From assembly GCA_011176615.1 (NCBI GenBank), contig DUEG01000001.1:209-64208 (forward strand): DNA of 64,000 bases, given 5' to 3'. Each line of letters starts with the position of its first letter. Position 1 is the first letter of the stretch. Position numbers and translations under genes: made by a program. The stretch is from Anaerolineae bacterium. GTDB taxonomy: Bacteria; Chloroflexota; Anaerolineae; Anaerolineales; UBA11858. A model generated the notes under the pieces. It was not told the origin of the DNA. It was given only the letters and a program-made list of their open reading frames with translations, and did not search any database. Below are positions 25,070 to 35,591 of the stretch, in pieces.

Positions 25070-26311
25070 CTACATATAAACAACATCGACTATCTCGCCC
25101 GCCTCTAATCCATTGGCATCCAGAGGAATACGAATTAATCCCACTGCCCGGGCTAACGTAAATATCAGATTGCTCCGTCCAAAAATAGGCTCTGCCAGAT
25201 AACCCGCTTCTGTTTCAAGGATCCTGACTGGAATCCAATCCTCTCGCCCTGTTTGAGAAGCAATATTGATAGCCAGTTTTGCTTTAACTGTCGGGCGTGG
25301 TCCTCGGGTTGCTTCCCCCAACAAAGTTTTTATCGCGGGTACAACGAACAAATATGAATTCGACAAAGCGCTCACTGGGTTTCCGGGCAACCCCACCATC
25401 ACGACACCATCACTAATCCCCAAAATTGTTGGCTTACCCGGTCTTATATTAACGCCATGCACAAGTACTCCTGGTTTTCCAAGATTATTAATGACATCTG
25501 CCGTCAAATCTCTTGTAGAGGCTGACGAGCCGGCAGTTATGATGACCATATCATCGGTTTTCATCGCCTCTTTAAGAACCGGTAACATCTCTTTCTGATT
25601 ATCGCCCACAATCCCGTACCCTATCGGTTCGCCGCCAACAGATTCAACCAAAGCGCTCAAAGTATAGGCGTTCACATCACGTACTTGCCCTAATCGAGGG
25701 GTTTGATTTGGGGGAATGACCTCATCACCGCTGGATATGATTCCTATCCTGGGTTTTTTCACAACTTTCACACTTACAAAACCAAGCGCCATTAACCCGC
25801 CAATTTCAGCGGGACGCAATCTCATCCCTGCAGGAATAACAACTTCCCCTTTTTGAACATCTTCCCCAATCTGGATAACATTTTCCCCTACCGCAACTGA
25901 TTTTAGCACTTCAATTTCTGTATCCCGAACAGATTGAGTATCTTCGAGCATAACAACAGCATCTGCACCGTTAGGAATCATTCCCCCAGTATGAATTAGG
26001 GCACTTTGATCTGGTTCTAAAATAATTTTCGGTATATCTCCCATTGGAATCTCCCCAATCAAAGACAGATATGCAGGGAGACTTTCACTTGCGCCAAAAG
26101 TATCTGCTGCTCTTACTGCATACCCATCCACCGTAGAACGAGGAAATTCAGGTAAAGGATGTGGTGAAAATATCGGTTTAGCCAATATTCTCCCTAAGGA
26201 ATTCTCTGTATCAACTTCTTCAAAATCAAGATGATGTACTGAATTGCGGATCGCACTCAGAAAAACATTTAATGCTTCTTGAGGTGGCAATAAATCTAAA
26301 AATTCTGGCAT
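25070..26311 (-). CDS. moeA: MoeA, molybdopterin molybdenumtransferase (stand-alone)
   Basis: 413 aa. STVDGYAVRA, ITAGSSASTRD, GLPGNPVSAL motifs. Confidence 0.85.
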   Translation of the reverse strand: MPEFLDLLPPQEALNVFLSAIRNSVHHLDFEEVDTENSLGRILAKPIFSPHPLPEFPRSTVDGYAVRAADTFGASESLPAYLSLIGEIPMGDIPKIILEPDQSALIHTGGMIPNGADAVVMLEDTQSVRDTEIEVLKSVAVGENVIQIGEDVQKGEVVIPAGMRLRPAEIGGLMALGFVSVKVVKKPRIGIISSGDEVIPPNQTPRLGQVRDVNAYTLSALVESVGGEPIGYGIVGDNQKEMLPVLKEAMKTDDMVIITAGSSASTRDLTADVINNLGKPGVLVHGVNIRPGKPTILGISDGVVMVGLPGNPVSALSNSYLFVVPAIKTLLGEATRGPRPTVKAKLAINIASQTGREDWIPVRILETEAGYLAEPIFGRSNLIFTLARAVGLIRIPLDANGLEAGEIVDVVYM

Positions 26312-26342
26312 ATTTCACCTTTGTTGATAATTACCATATTGA

Positions 26343-27254
26343 TTAACGAATCCAGAACGCGAACGCCATTAAATACGCCATTAATCCAAAAAGTGCTGTT
26401 GCACTCAATTTAAAAGTAGACCATTGTGGCTTAATACCATCTTCAATCTTTGATAAATACCAAATCTGGAATAACCCTAAAGGTAATGCTAAAAATCCTT
26501 GCCAAGAGACAGCAATTGGCAATCCCATAACCATAGCCAATCCTAACATCAAAAATGATGTCAAAATCAACACATTATGTAAAACCATTCCTTTTTGCCA
26601 ACCCAAACGAATCAAGAGCGTCTGCCTTTCGTTTTTTAGGTCCGACGCGTAATTTGGTAATTCATAAGCGATGTTCAAAGCAAGAAATAAAAATGTTAAT
26701 GGGAATGTGCTCATTGATAAAAGCCGATGAAATTCTCCTGACTGCAAGATAAATCCCAAAGCGGGAACCAGATTTGCAACAATGATAGATATTGTTAATT
26801 CCCCATAACCTCTAGTAATTAATCTAACAGGGGGTAGAGAGTAGAACAAAGCACCAAGAAATATTAGTGCCATCACCAAGGCAACGGCAGGGTTAACTAA
26901 GCCTAATCGCAGCATATCGAAAGTACTTATCGCTACGGCTGTCAAACTAGTAATCGCCGCATAGAGCGATACGTTTGCGGGTAGTTCGTTTTCCCCATTT
27001 GCATTACTTCCATTAGAGAAAAGGGTCCTATGTACATTTTTAGGGTTAGATATAAAATCGAAATATTCACTTATATAAAGGGCTGTCAGCTGCATGCCTG
27101 TAACCCATAACTGTCCTAAAATGTATACTTCCCAATTTATCTGAAACCCCAAATACTTGGCTATCCCAACTCCAAGGGCATAGACAAGTGCTGCGCCCAA
27201 CAAAAATATTGGTCTTGAAATGCGAATAAAAGATCGTATCGTTTGGAAATTCAT
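26343..27254 (-). CDS. UbiA/MenA-superfamily prenyltransferase-like integral membrane protein
   Basis: About 8-9 TM helices. The second motif is YASDLKNERQTLLIRLG (D...G..TL..RLG type). The first Asp-rich motif is degenerate (SEYFDF instead of NDxxD). Confidence 0.5.
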   Translation of the reverse strand: MNFQTIRSFIRISRPIFLLGAALVYALGVGIAKYLGFQINWEVYILGQLWVTGMQLTALYISEYFDFISNPKNVHRTLFSNGSNANGENELPANVSLYAAITSLTAVAISTFDMLRLGLVNPAVALVMALIFLGALFYSLPPVRLITRGYGELTISIIVANLVPALGFILQSGEFHRLLSMSTFPLTFLFLALNIAYELPNYASDLKNERQTLLIRLGWQKGMVLHNVLILTSFLMLGLAMVMGLPIAVSWQGFLALPLGLFQIWYLSKIEDGIKPQWSTFKLSATALFGLMAYLMAFAFWIR

Positions 27255-27389
27255 TTCCCAACATTATACCCTCTGCTGCCCCCCTTGTAGAATTAATGGA
27301 AAATAAATCTTTAGGGCAATAATTAATTATCGTTTATAGTTCGCTTTTCGTATGTTCCGCTGGTGGATTTGAACATAGCAATACACAAT

Positions 27390-28352
27390 CTACTTTTTAA
27401 CAAAATTTGTGAGGAAAAACCATAGATTCGCGGGTCTCTCGGCAAGACGTCTAACAAAATAAGGATACCATTCAGTCCCGTAAGGAACATAAACACGCAC
27501 AGGATATCCTTGTTTCGCCAGTTGTTCTTGCAGATCTCGACGAATTCCATAAAGCATCTGAAATTCCAATGCATCTTTAGACAAGCCAATCATATCTACA
27601 TATTGTTTTGTGTATTCAATCCTTTTCTGATCATGGGTCCCTATAGCGGGTATTGGGGGAATTTTTCCATCTGGACTTATTTTTATCGAGCCATTTTGCA
27701 GAGCACCATCCAATAGTATTTTCACAATTTGATCAAAATTCTGATCAACCCCAGATTTTTCGGGGAATGCAATTTCAGGCGGCTCGTTGTAAGCACCCTT
27801 ACAAAGCCTGACCCTTGCACCTTCCTTCATTAATCTCTTTACATCTTCTTCGCTGCGATATAAATATGCCTGAATTACGACCCCAACAGTATCTTTATAA
27901 CCTGCTTGGATCATGCGACGGAATAATTTCAATGTAACCTCTGTAAAAGGCGAATCCTCCATATCTATACGAACAAAATTCTTCAATTCTTTTGCCTTTT
28001 CCAGAATCTTTCTCAAGTTCTCTTCACATAAAGACTCACTTAATAAAATCCCTATCTGGCTTAATTTAACAGAAACACCTGCTACGACCCTGGCTCTTTC
28101 AATTCTTTCAAGCATCTCAATGATCTCTTGGGTAGCAGCACTTGCTTCATCTAGATTTGTCACATTTTCTCCTAGATGATCCAAGGTTGCGTTGATCCCC
28201 TTAGAATTCAAATCCGCAATAGCATTAATCGCATCTTCCTGCTTATCCCCTGCAACAAATCTGGAAGCAACCCGCCAAGAAAAACTCCACTTTGTCATTA
28301 TATTACGCGCCCAAACAGCCTTTGATAAATAAATCAATATTGAACGAAGCAT
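27390..28352 (-). CDS. proline dehydrogenase (monofunctional PRODH)
   Basis: The C-terminal LYGIRRDLQ...VYVPYGTEWYPYFVRRLAERPANLWF is the PRODH signature. ATG 28352 has AAGGAAG upstream. The tracked GTG at 28361 is less likely. Confidence 0.85.
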   Translation of the reverse strand: MLRSILIYLSKAVWARNIMTKWSFSWRVASRFVAGDKQEDAINAIADLNSKGINATLDHLGENVTNLDEASAATQEIIEMLERIERARVVAGVSVKLSQIGILLSESLCEENLRKILEKAKELKNFVRIDMEDSPFTEVTLKLFRRMIQAGYKDTVGVVIQAYLYRSEEDVKRLMKEGARVRLCKGAYNEPPEIAFPEKSGVDQNFDQIVKILLDGALQNGSIKISPDGKIPPIPAIGTHDQKRIEYTKQYVDMIGLSKDALEFQMLYGIRRDLQEQLAKQGYPVRVYVPYGTEWYPYFVRRLAERPANLWFFLTNFVKK

Positions 28353-28613
28353 AATTGTCACTTCCTTTTTTTATGATTCAACAATAATCAAAACAATATG
28401 GTTACATAATTAATCCAATTATCCCTTTAGAATTACTAACCACTATCTTACGAGCCATCTGATTCAATTATAAGTGTATAAGGTAACAAAAATCAATGAA
28501 TTTTGACATAATTCTTTCAATTAAACAATAAATTTCATGCTCACCTTACTGAAATTATCATCATTTTCTATCGGACTTGCTTGTGATATACTCTTGACGC
28601 TACGGAGGTATCT

Positions 28614-30101
28614 GTGAGAAGTAAACAATCGTTCTCTGGTCTGCAATGGTTATCAGCATTTCTCTTACTCGCAGCCATTATTCTTCTTGCTTTACAACTT
28701 GTTAAATATAGCCGATTAAGGGCTTCCTTTCCCCAAGGAATGTCCATTGCAGGCGTGCCTGTTAGTGGACTAGACAGACAACAAGCCGCACAACGAATAT
28801 TGGAAGCATATAACGTGCCAGTAGAACTACACTATGGGGAAAACGTCATTCAAATGAATCCAGCTATTATCGGATTCGAACTAGATTTAGAGAGTATGCT
28901 TGCTGCAGCAGATCTCGAACGAACCCGCCAATCATTCTGGCTCGGTTTTTGGGATTATCTTTGGGGAAGAAGCATTGAACCTATTAATATTCCCCTACGA
29001 TCTTCTTACTCCGAATCAAGATTAAGATCATATCTACAAAATGAAATAACAACTCGATACGACAAACCCCCAACTCCTGCTTCTCCAATTGTGGGAACCG
29101 TTAATTTTCAACCGGGAACACTTGGAACAAGTTTGGATATTGACCAATCAATCATTCCTATCGAAAATGCTCTTCACTCAATCAATCATAGGATTGTCAA
29201 CCTATCTTTAAAACGTACACTCCCACCCAGACCTTCCTTTCAAAATCTGGAAATTCTTCTTAAACAGACCATTGAAATCTCTGGCTTCGATGGTACGTTA
29301 GGGCTGTATCTCTTAGATTTACAGACAGCCCAGGAAATTCATTTTGGTTTGAATAGCGGAGTAGAGATTTCAGTCAATCCCGATATTGCTTTTACGACCG
29401 CTAGTATTATCAAAATCCCAATAGTTGTCTCAACATTCAAGAGATTAGACGAGGAACCAGACACAGAAACCGCAAATTTAATCGAGAAAATGATTATTGA
29501 ATCAGGCAATGAGGCAGCGGATTGGTTAATGGAACGCGTAATTGATCCTTCGCGTGCGCCATTGCTGGTCACAGAAGATATGCGGGCTTTAGGATTGGAG
29601 AGCACTTTCCTGGCTGGTCATTTTTATCAAGGAGCCCCGCTTCTTGCTGTGGTTAAAACCCCTGCAAATCAACGCACGGATATAAATACTTCACCAGACC
29701 TTTACAATCAAACAACTCCATCTGATATGGGAATGCTCTTGGAGGACATTTATCAATGCGCTCAAACGGGAGGGGGAACCCTTACAGCAGTCTTTCCAGG
29801 GCAAATCAACCAAACCGAATGTCAAATAATCATCAGTTACTTATCGCGTAATAAAATAGGTAATCTAATTGAAGCCGGTGTACCAGAAACAACCCAAATT
29901 GCTCACAAACACGGTTGGGTTAGTAATAACGGAATCATTAACTTAATAGGGGATGCGGCAATCGTATATACGCCTGGTGGTAATTATATCTTCGTGATCT
30001 TTCTCCACCACCCTGTACAACTACTCTGGGACCCATCTGCTAAACTTATCGTCGATTTGTCTCGAGCAATTTACAACTTTTATAATCTTCCTACCCAATA
30101 A
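28614..30101 (+). CDS. membrane-anchored class-A beta-lactamase-like serine hydrolase
   Basis: N-terminal TM anchor. SxxK (TASIIK), SxN (ESGNEA) and KxG (KHGW) triad in the C-terminal half. GTG start with GGAGG 5 nt upstream. Confidence 0.7.
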   Translation: MRSKQSFSGLQWLSAFLLLAAIILLALQLVKYSRLRASFPQGMSIAGVPVSGLDRQQAAQRILEAYNVPVELHYGENVIQMNPAIIGFELDLESMLAAADLERTRQSFWLGFWDYLWGRSIEPINIPLRSSYSESRLRSYLQNEITTRYDKPPTPASPIVGTVNFQPGTLGTSLDIDQSIIPIENALHSINHRIVNLSLKRTLPPRPSFQNLEILLKQTIEISGFDGTLGLYLLDLQTAQEIHFGLNSGVEISVNPDIAFTTASIIKIPIVVSTFKRLDEEPDTETANLIEKMIIESGNEAADWLMERVIDPSRAPLLVTEDMRALGLESTFLAGHFYQGAPLLAVVKTPANQRTDINTSPDLYNQTTPSDMGMLLEDIYQCAQTGGGTLTAVFPGQINQTECQIIISYLSRNKIGNLIEAGVPETTQIAHKHGWVSNNGIINLIGDAAIVYTPGGNYIFVIFLHHPVQLLWDPSAKLIVDLSRAIYNFYNLPTQ

Positions 30102-30178
30102 AACTTTCTGTTAAATAAAAATCCAAAGGACTTACTTTCCATAAGGTTGTGGAAATTTAGTTTTCCAAAAGATAAATC

Positions 30179-31144
30179 TCAAATATCTCGATCTACGACA
30201 TACTCAGCGAAATCAATTAACGCATCTCGTTCTGCACTGAATGGAAATTCACTAATAGTATCAACCCCTTTTTCAATAAAATTACGAGCCTCATTCATTG
30301 ATTTCTCAATAACATCACTGTTACGAATGGAATTAATCAGGTTAGTCATAAGCAAATCATTATAAAAATTTCCATCAAGAACAGCCTGCATATTCTCATC
30401 ATCAGGATGTAATTCGTTATAATAAATCGCCGGCAAAGTAATAATTCCCTGTCTTAAATCACTGGCGACTGGTTTGCCTACAGTTACCTGTTCACCAGTA
30501 AAGTCCAATATATCATCCACAATCTGAAAAGCCATTCCGACATGGTATCCATAGACTTCCATATTATGGATAACTTCTCCATTTGCTTCACTTAGTAAAG
30601 CAGTAGCCTTGGTTGCTAACACGAACATTGACGCCGTTTTCGCGTTGATTCGCTTGTAATATTCCTGCCGATTTGCAACCCTCTTACGAGAAAACAATTG
30701 ATTTATCTCACCAGTAACAATCGTTGATAGTGTTCGCGCAAATATCTTCATTACATCAATCGATTCCGTTTCAGCGGCTAATTCCGCAGCCCTTGCAAAG
30801 ATGAAGTCACCGGCTAATACGGTAGCAGCAGGAGACCACTCCGAATTCAAAGTTGGAATGCCCCTTCTCAGTAAAGAGCCGTCAATCAAATCATCATGAA
30901 CCAGGGTCGCGGTATGTAACAATTCAATAGCAGCGGCTAAAGTGATTACCCGCTCAGTTTCAGCTCCAAGCATTTTTCCTACAAGGAGAGCCAGGACAGG
31001 ACGCAATCGCTTTCCTCCGGATGCTATGAGATGATCAAGGGCTTGTTGCAAATTTGTATGATAGTCGCTTGAATGACTATGCATCTTCTTCTCAACCAAT
31101 ATTAAATCATTCTCCACCAGGGAATTAAACCTCGTTTTAATCAA
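30179..31144 (-). CDS. polyprenyl diphosphate synthase (trans-IPPS, long-chain type)
   Basis: FARM LVHDDLIDGS and SARM QIVDDILDFTG motifs. The TTG start overlaps the TatD stop (TTGA). Confidence 0.85.
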   Translation of the reverse strand: MIKTRFNSLVENDLILVEKKMHSHSSDYHTNLQQALDHLIASGGKRLRPVLALLVGKMLGAETERVITLAAAIELLHTATLVHDDLIDGSLLRRGIPTLNSEWSPAATVLAGDFIFARAAELAAETESIDVMKIFARTLSTIVTGEINQLFSRKRVANRQEYYKRINAKTASMFVLATKATALLSEANGEVIHNMEVYGYHVGMAFQIVDDILDFTGEQVTVGKPVASDLRQGIITLPAIYYNELHPDDENMQAVLDGNFYNDLLMTNLINSIRNSDVIEKSMNEARNFIEKGVDTISEFPFSAERDALIDFAEYVVDRDI

Positions 31145-31983
31145 GAAATCTTACTCCAATGAAATAAAAGATTAGCATTTCGTGTTGTTTCTCTATATAT
31201 ATTATCTACAGGCAGATTATATACCTCTGCAATTTTTTTGGCTACCTTTATTACGTATGCTGGTTCATTGCGCTTCCCACGATAGGGATGAGGCGCTAAA
31301 AATGGAGAATCCGTTTCAATGAGGATTCGATTTAAGGGGAGCATGGACACAACATCACGCAAGTTTTGTGCGTTTTTGAAAGTAACCGGGCCAGAAACTC
31401 CCACATAAAATCCCATTTCAATTGCTGTATTTGCTTCTTGAATATTTCCAGAGAAAGAGTGTAAAACACCTCTCCTGTTTTTTCTTATACTTTGTTTCTT
31501 TTGATTATTAAACTTATTACTAAATTCTCCTATGATATGCAACACATCCTCAATGCACTTTCGGTCTCTTTCGCTCTTATTTCGAGTATGTATAACAACA
31601 GGAATTTTATGTTTATATGCAATTTCTAACTGTATCCGAAAGACTTCCTTTTGGATTTCTCTCGGCACTTCATCCCGATAATAATCCAATCCAATCTCGC
31701 CTAGGGCAATAACCTTTGGGTGCTCAACGAGTACTTCTAACTGTTTTTTGGTTTGGTTATTCCAATTTAAGGCACTATTCGGATGTATACCAACCGCGGC
31801 AAATATCCGGTCATCCTTTTCAGCAATTTCAATCGTGTCTTGACTGCTTTCTAAGTCAATCCCAATCGTTAATAATCTGACAATGCCTACTTGCCATGCT
31901 CTTTTTAGTACTTGACCGAGGTCTCCTTCAAATTGGTCAAATTCCAAATGACAATGCGTATCTGTTAAATTAGCCTCTCGCAA
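31141..31983 (-). CDS. TatD-family metal-dependent hydrolase
   Basis: DTHCHLEF, HSFSG and ETDSPFLAP motifs. The TTG start directly abuts the PGM stop. Confidence 0.85.
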   Translation of the reverse strand: MREANLTDTHCHLEFDQFEGDLGQVLKRAWQVGIVRLLTIGIDLESSQDTIEIAEKDDRIFAAVGIHPNSALNWNNQTKKQLEVLVEHPKVIALGEIGLDYYRDEVPREIQKEVFRIQLEIAYKHKIPVVIHTRNKSERDRKCIEDVLHIIGEFSNKFNNQKKQSIRKNRRGVLHSFSGNIQEANTAIEMGFYVGVSGPVTFKNAQNLRDVVSMLPLNRILIETDSPFLAPHPYRGKRNEPAYVIKVAKKIAEVYNLPVDNIYRETTRNANLLFHWSKIS

Positions 31984-33405
31984 TTAATTTATCCCTGCTA
32001 TCCGCAATCCATCTTTCAGGATTTGCTGAACCCTACTCTCTTTCGTCGTTTCACAATATACACGGATTATCGGCTCTGTTCCTGAAAAACGAATTAACAG
32101 CCATCCGCCATCCTCAAGATTGAACTTGTAACCATCAGTTGTCACTAATCCATCAACCCTTAAACCTCCAATCGTTTTCGGATTTGCGGATAATATTCGT
32201 TTAATTTTTTCCTGCTTATTCCCTTTAAACGGTGTATCTATCCGATCATAATAATGGGCTCCAACTTTTGAGAAAAGCAAGTCCAATAATTCGGACGGTT
32301 TTCGATTTAGACTGACCATCATATCCAAGATATATAAACCAGCCAAAATGCCATCTCTCTCAGGGACATTTCCACGAAAAGCGTATCCACCCGATTCTTC
32401 CCCTCCAATCATAGCATTAGTCTCTATCATTTTAGGCGCTACATATTTAAATCCAACTCCAGTTTCATAAACTGGAACATTGTACAACTCACCAAGTTTG
32501 ATCAACATATTCGTGGTTGATAATGTCTTAACAATCGGACCCCTTTCACCACGAACTTCAAGCAGATAATATGCCAATAATCCATATACGCGCAATTGGT
32601 TAATAAACTTTCCCTTTTCATCCCCCACGCCAAGTCGGTCTGCATCACCGTCTGTAATCAACAAAACATCTGCGTTATAATCAAGGGTTGCTCTGAGCCC
32701 AGCATCAATGTTTGGCGGTATCGGTTCAGGTCTTGCCATCTCGGGGAATATTGGATTCCTTGTATTATGTATTTCAAATACTTTTGTATTTCCTCCCGCT
32801 AACAGATGTGTAAACCAACCCGCTCCATTTCCCCACATTGGATCAATAAGGATTGTTAATCCGGCTTTTTTAATTCGCTCCAGATCAACAAGAGTCTTGA
32901 TATGTTCGATATATGCTGGCGCCGGGTCAAATCTAACGATTAATCCCTTCTTCTCAGCATCAGTAAATGGTATTTTCTCAACTTTATCTACCGTTTCTGG
33001 AATCAGACTTTCAATTTCCTTTAATCCTTGCGGATCAATTGCTCCCCCATGTTCATCTCTCACCTTGAATCCGTTATCCGATGGAGGATTATGAGAAGCC
33101 GTGATATTTACCGCTCCGACAGCCTTTTTTACTACGACTGAATATGAAATCACAGGAGTCGGGGTCGCGCCTTCTGTCAAGAATACACGCAATCCATTGC
33201 CAACAAGAACCTCCGAAACAGTAACCGCAAATTCCTCTCCCAGAAAACGCTTATCATACCCAACAACAACCCACGACTTTTTCTTCCCCTGCAAAACAAG
33301 GTACTTAGCAAAACCTTGTGCACATCTACTTACATTGTCAAAAGTATAATTTGCTGCAATTTTTCCTCGCCAGCCATCAGTGCCAAAAACAATTTTATAA
33401 CCCAT
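31984..33405 (-). CDS. phosphoglucomutase/phosphomannomutase family protein
   Basis: The catalytic loop is [13 protein letters not shown] and the Mg site is [13 protein letters not shown] 33405 ([14 protein letters not shown]) has GGAGG 4 nt upstream. Confidence 0.9.
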   Translation of the reverse strand: MGYKIVFGTDGWRGKIAANYTFDNVSRCAQGFAKYLVLQGKKKSWVVVGYDKRFLGEEFAVTVSEVLVGNGLRVFLTEGATPTPVISYSVVVKKAVGAVNITASHNPPSDNGFKVRDEHGGAIDPQGLKEIESLIPETVDKVEKIPFTDAEKKGLIVRFDPAPAYIEHIKTLVDLERIKKAGLTILIDPMWGNGAGWFTHLLAGGNTKVFEIHNTRNPIFPEMARPEPIPPNIDAGLRATLDYNADVLLITDGDADRLGVGDEKGKFINQLRVYGLLAYYLLEVRGERGPIVKTLSTTNMLIKLGELYNVPVYETGVGFKYVAPKMIETNAMIGGEESGGYAFRGNVPERDGILAGLYILDMMVSLNRKPSELLDLLFSKVGAHYYDRIDTPFKGNKQEKIKRILSANPKTIGGLRVDGLVTTDGYKFNLEDGGWLLIRFSGTEPIIRVYCETTKESRVQQILKDGLRIAGIN

Positions 33406-33881
33406 TATTCCTCCAATATCCTTGTCAAATAACAATCATCACCCGATTATTATATCAAACGGACACAAAAACAACGCACCAAAATCTAGTCATTAAGCAA
33501 AGCGTGCCGAATTTGAATAATTTGACTTTGCACCTAACACACAAATCTTGACACATTCATAATTATTTGGATTATGATTATGCACCAATGTTCTTTAAGG
33601 TAGACATGCTATAATTTTCTGATGCTCGATTTTTGAATTCAATCTACTTTTTCTGAGATTATCTTTATGAATTACTTCTTAGATTATATTTAACAACCCT
33701 TTTAAATCCTCAGGGAGCGGATTACTCCTGGTCAATGTGGAACCGCCCGCCCAAAAAGATGAAGTAGAAAGATTTTTAAACGCCTTACCAGATGCGGTTG
33801 CAAGCGCGTGGATTGTAAAAGAATATATAGAAAACTTAGAAGTAGCAATTCTTGTCTAGGATTTTTAAGGAATTTGTCTTT

Positions 33882-34958
33882 ATGAAAAACAAATTAGGTA
33901 AAGTTGTTATCGCAATGAGCGGCGGTGTAGATAGTTCCGTAGCGGCTGCTTTACTAGTCCAGCAGGGATATGATGTTATTGGTTTGATGTTAAGATTATG
34001 GAGTGAGCCCGGCAAAGAATCTGAGAATCGCTGCTGTACGATTGATTCCATGTTTATGGCAAGGCATGTGGCAGAAATAATCGGAATTCCTTTTCACGTC
34101 ATTGATGCCAAAGAGGTATTCAAAAAAACGGTCGTTGAGTATTTTATCAATGGATATCTAAATGGTATCACGCCAAACCCATGCCTTATCTGCAATCAAA
34201 AAATCCGTTGGGGTTATTTATTAAACCATGCCCTTGCTCTTGGTCCAGAAAAACTAGCAACGGGACATTACGCGAGGACTCATTTTACTCAAAGCAGAAG
34301 CATTCAGTTATTGAAAGCCAAGGATAGCTCAAAAGATCAATCCTATGTATTACATATGCTAAGTCAGGAACAATTGAGTAAGACCCTCTTCCCCCTTGGA
34401 AAAATCACAAAAAAAGAGGTGCGAATACTCGCTAAGGATTTCGGACTTCCTGTTGCGGAACGTTCTGACAGTCAAGATCTTTGTTTCTTGGGGAACGGTT
34501 CTGTCAATGATTTCCTAAAAAGAAATGCACCTAATTCACTCAATCCAGGTCTAATCACAGATAAAAACAGAAACGTCTTAGGAGAACATTCGGGATTAGC
34601 CTTTTATACGATAGGACAACGTCGTGGAATTGGTTTGTATTCCCCTCAACCGCTCTATGTTCTAGAGAAAGACATATCACAAAACATCTTAGTTGTTGGA
34701 CCAGGTGAAGAACTGGGAAAAGATGAACTGATTGCATCTAATGTGAATTGGATTTCTGGGTCTCCCCTTAAAGAGGCTCGCAAGGTGAAGACAAAGATTC
34801 GCTATAAGTCTCCAGAAATCGACTCGATTGTAACCCCTATAGAAAACCAGGATGTTCATGTTAAGTTTAAGCGTAAAATACGAGATATTACTCCTGGGCA
34901 AGCCGCCGTTTTTTACGATGGAGATGTTTGCCTGGGTGGTGGAATAATCCAATCATGA
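33882..34958 (+). CDS. mnmA: tRNA 2-thiouridine(34) synthase MnmA
   Basis: PP-loop AMSGGVDSSVAA, then RCCTIDS and ..ATGHYAR.. motifs. The start is taken at ATG 33882 (MKNKLGK). Confidence 0.9.
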   Translation: MKNKLGKVVIAMSGGVDSSVAAALLVQQGYDVIGLMLRLWSEPGKESENRCCTIDSMFMARHVAEIIGIPFHVIDAKEVFKKTVVEYFINGYLNGITPNPCLICNQKIRWGYLLNHALALGPEKLATGHYARTHFTQSRSIQLLKAKDSSKDQSYVLHMLSQEQLSKTLFPLGKITKKEVRILAKDFGLPVAERSDSQDLCFLGNGSVNDFLKRNAPNSLNPGLITDKNRNVLGEHSGLAFYTIGQRRGIGLYSPQPLYVLEKDISQNILVVGPGEELGKDELIASNVNWISGSPLKEARKVKTKIRYKSPEIDSIVTPIENQDVHVKFKRKIRDITPGQAAVFYDGDVCLGGGIIQS

Positions 34959-35045
34959 ATAGGTCAAAAAGACCGAAAATATTTCACAATCAGAAGCATT
35001 CACCTCTGCTTATATGCTATACTTTAACCACAAATAATTACTCCT

Positions 35046-35351
35046 GTGATAAGAGATATGACAATTCATTCATTAATTCTTGGTGCTGTTTTCGCAACAT
35101 TGTATGGAGCCATCCTTCACCTCTGGCGAGGGGGTGGGTTAGGAAAACTACTTTTCTACGTTTTCATGTCTTGGATTGGTTTTTGGGTAGGACATAACCT
35201 TGGTTCGCATCTTTCGTGGGGATTTGTTAAAATCGGCCCCCTATATGTCGGAACCGCAACGCTCGGAAGCGTAATTCTCCTCTTTATTGCTGCTTTCTTA
35301 AGTGACAACGCCGCTAACCCATCTTTAAAAGATAGCCAATTAAAAGAATGA
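35046..35351 (+). CDS. small hypothetical membrane protein (3 predicted TM helices)
   Basis: Hydrophobic helices in an otherwise unassigned ORF. The start is either GTG 35046 or ATG 35058. No recognisable motif. Confidence 0.5.
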   Translation: MIRDMTIHSLILGAVFATLYGAILHLWRGGGLGKLLFYVFMSWIGFWVGHNLGSHLSWGFVKIGPLYVGTATLGSVILLFIAAFLSDNAANPSLKDSQLKE

Positions 35352-35591
35352 AATCAATGGTTCATTTTGGATCTTTGCTCTCTTTCTGCCCTTTCCTAAC
35401 ACCCCAACAAATCGTGGATCACATCATTTTCAAAGGCAATCTATGTGAACAATTAAGCCTATAACAAATTCATTTCTGGCAATGTTGAACATCCCCTATC
35501 TGATTTTAGAGATCATTTGCTTTATTGTGGTAGTACAATCCAATCACTAGAAAAATAATCTAACTCAATTTCTGCAATTTGAAAAAAGGTT

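Noticed and set aside
27323-27589. Tracked 88-aa minus-strand ORF overlapping the 3' end of the proline dehydrogenase gene.
   Set aside because: It is an alternative frame of the PRODH coding region, with no independent start signals or motifs.
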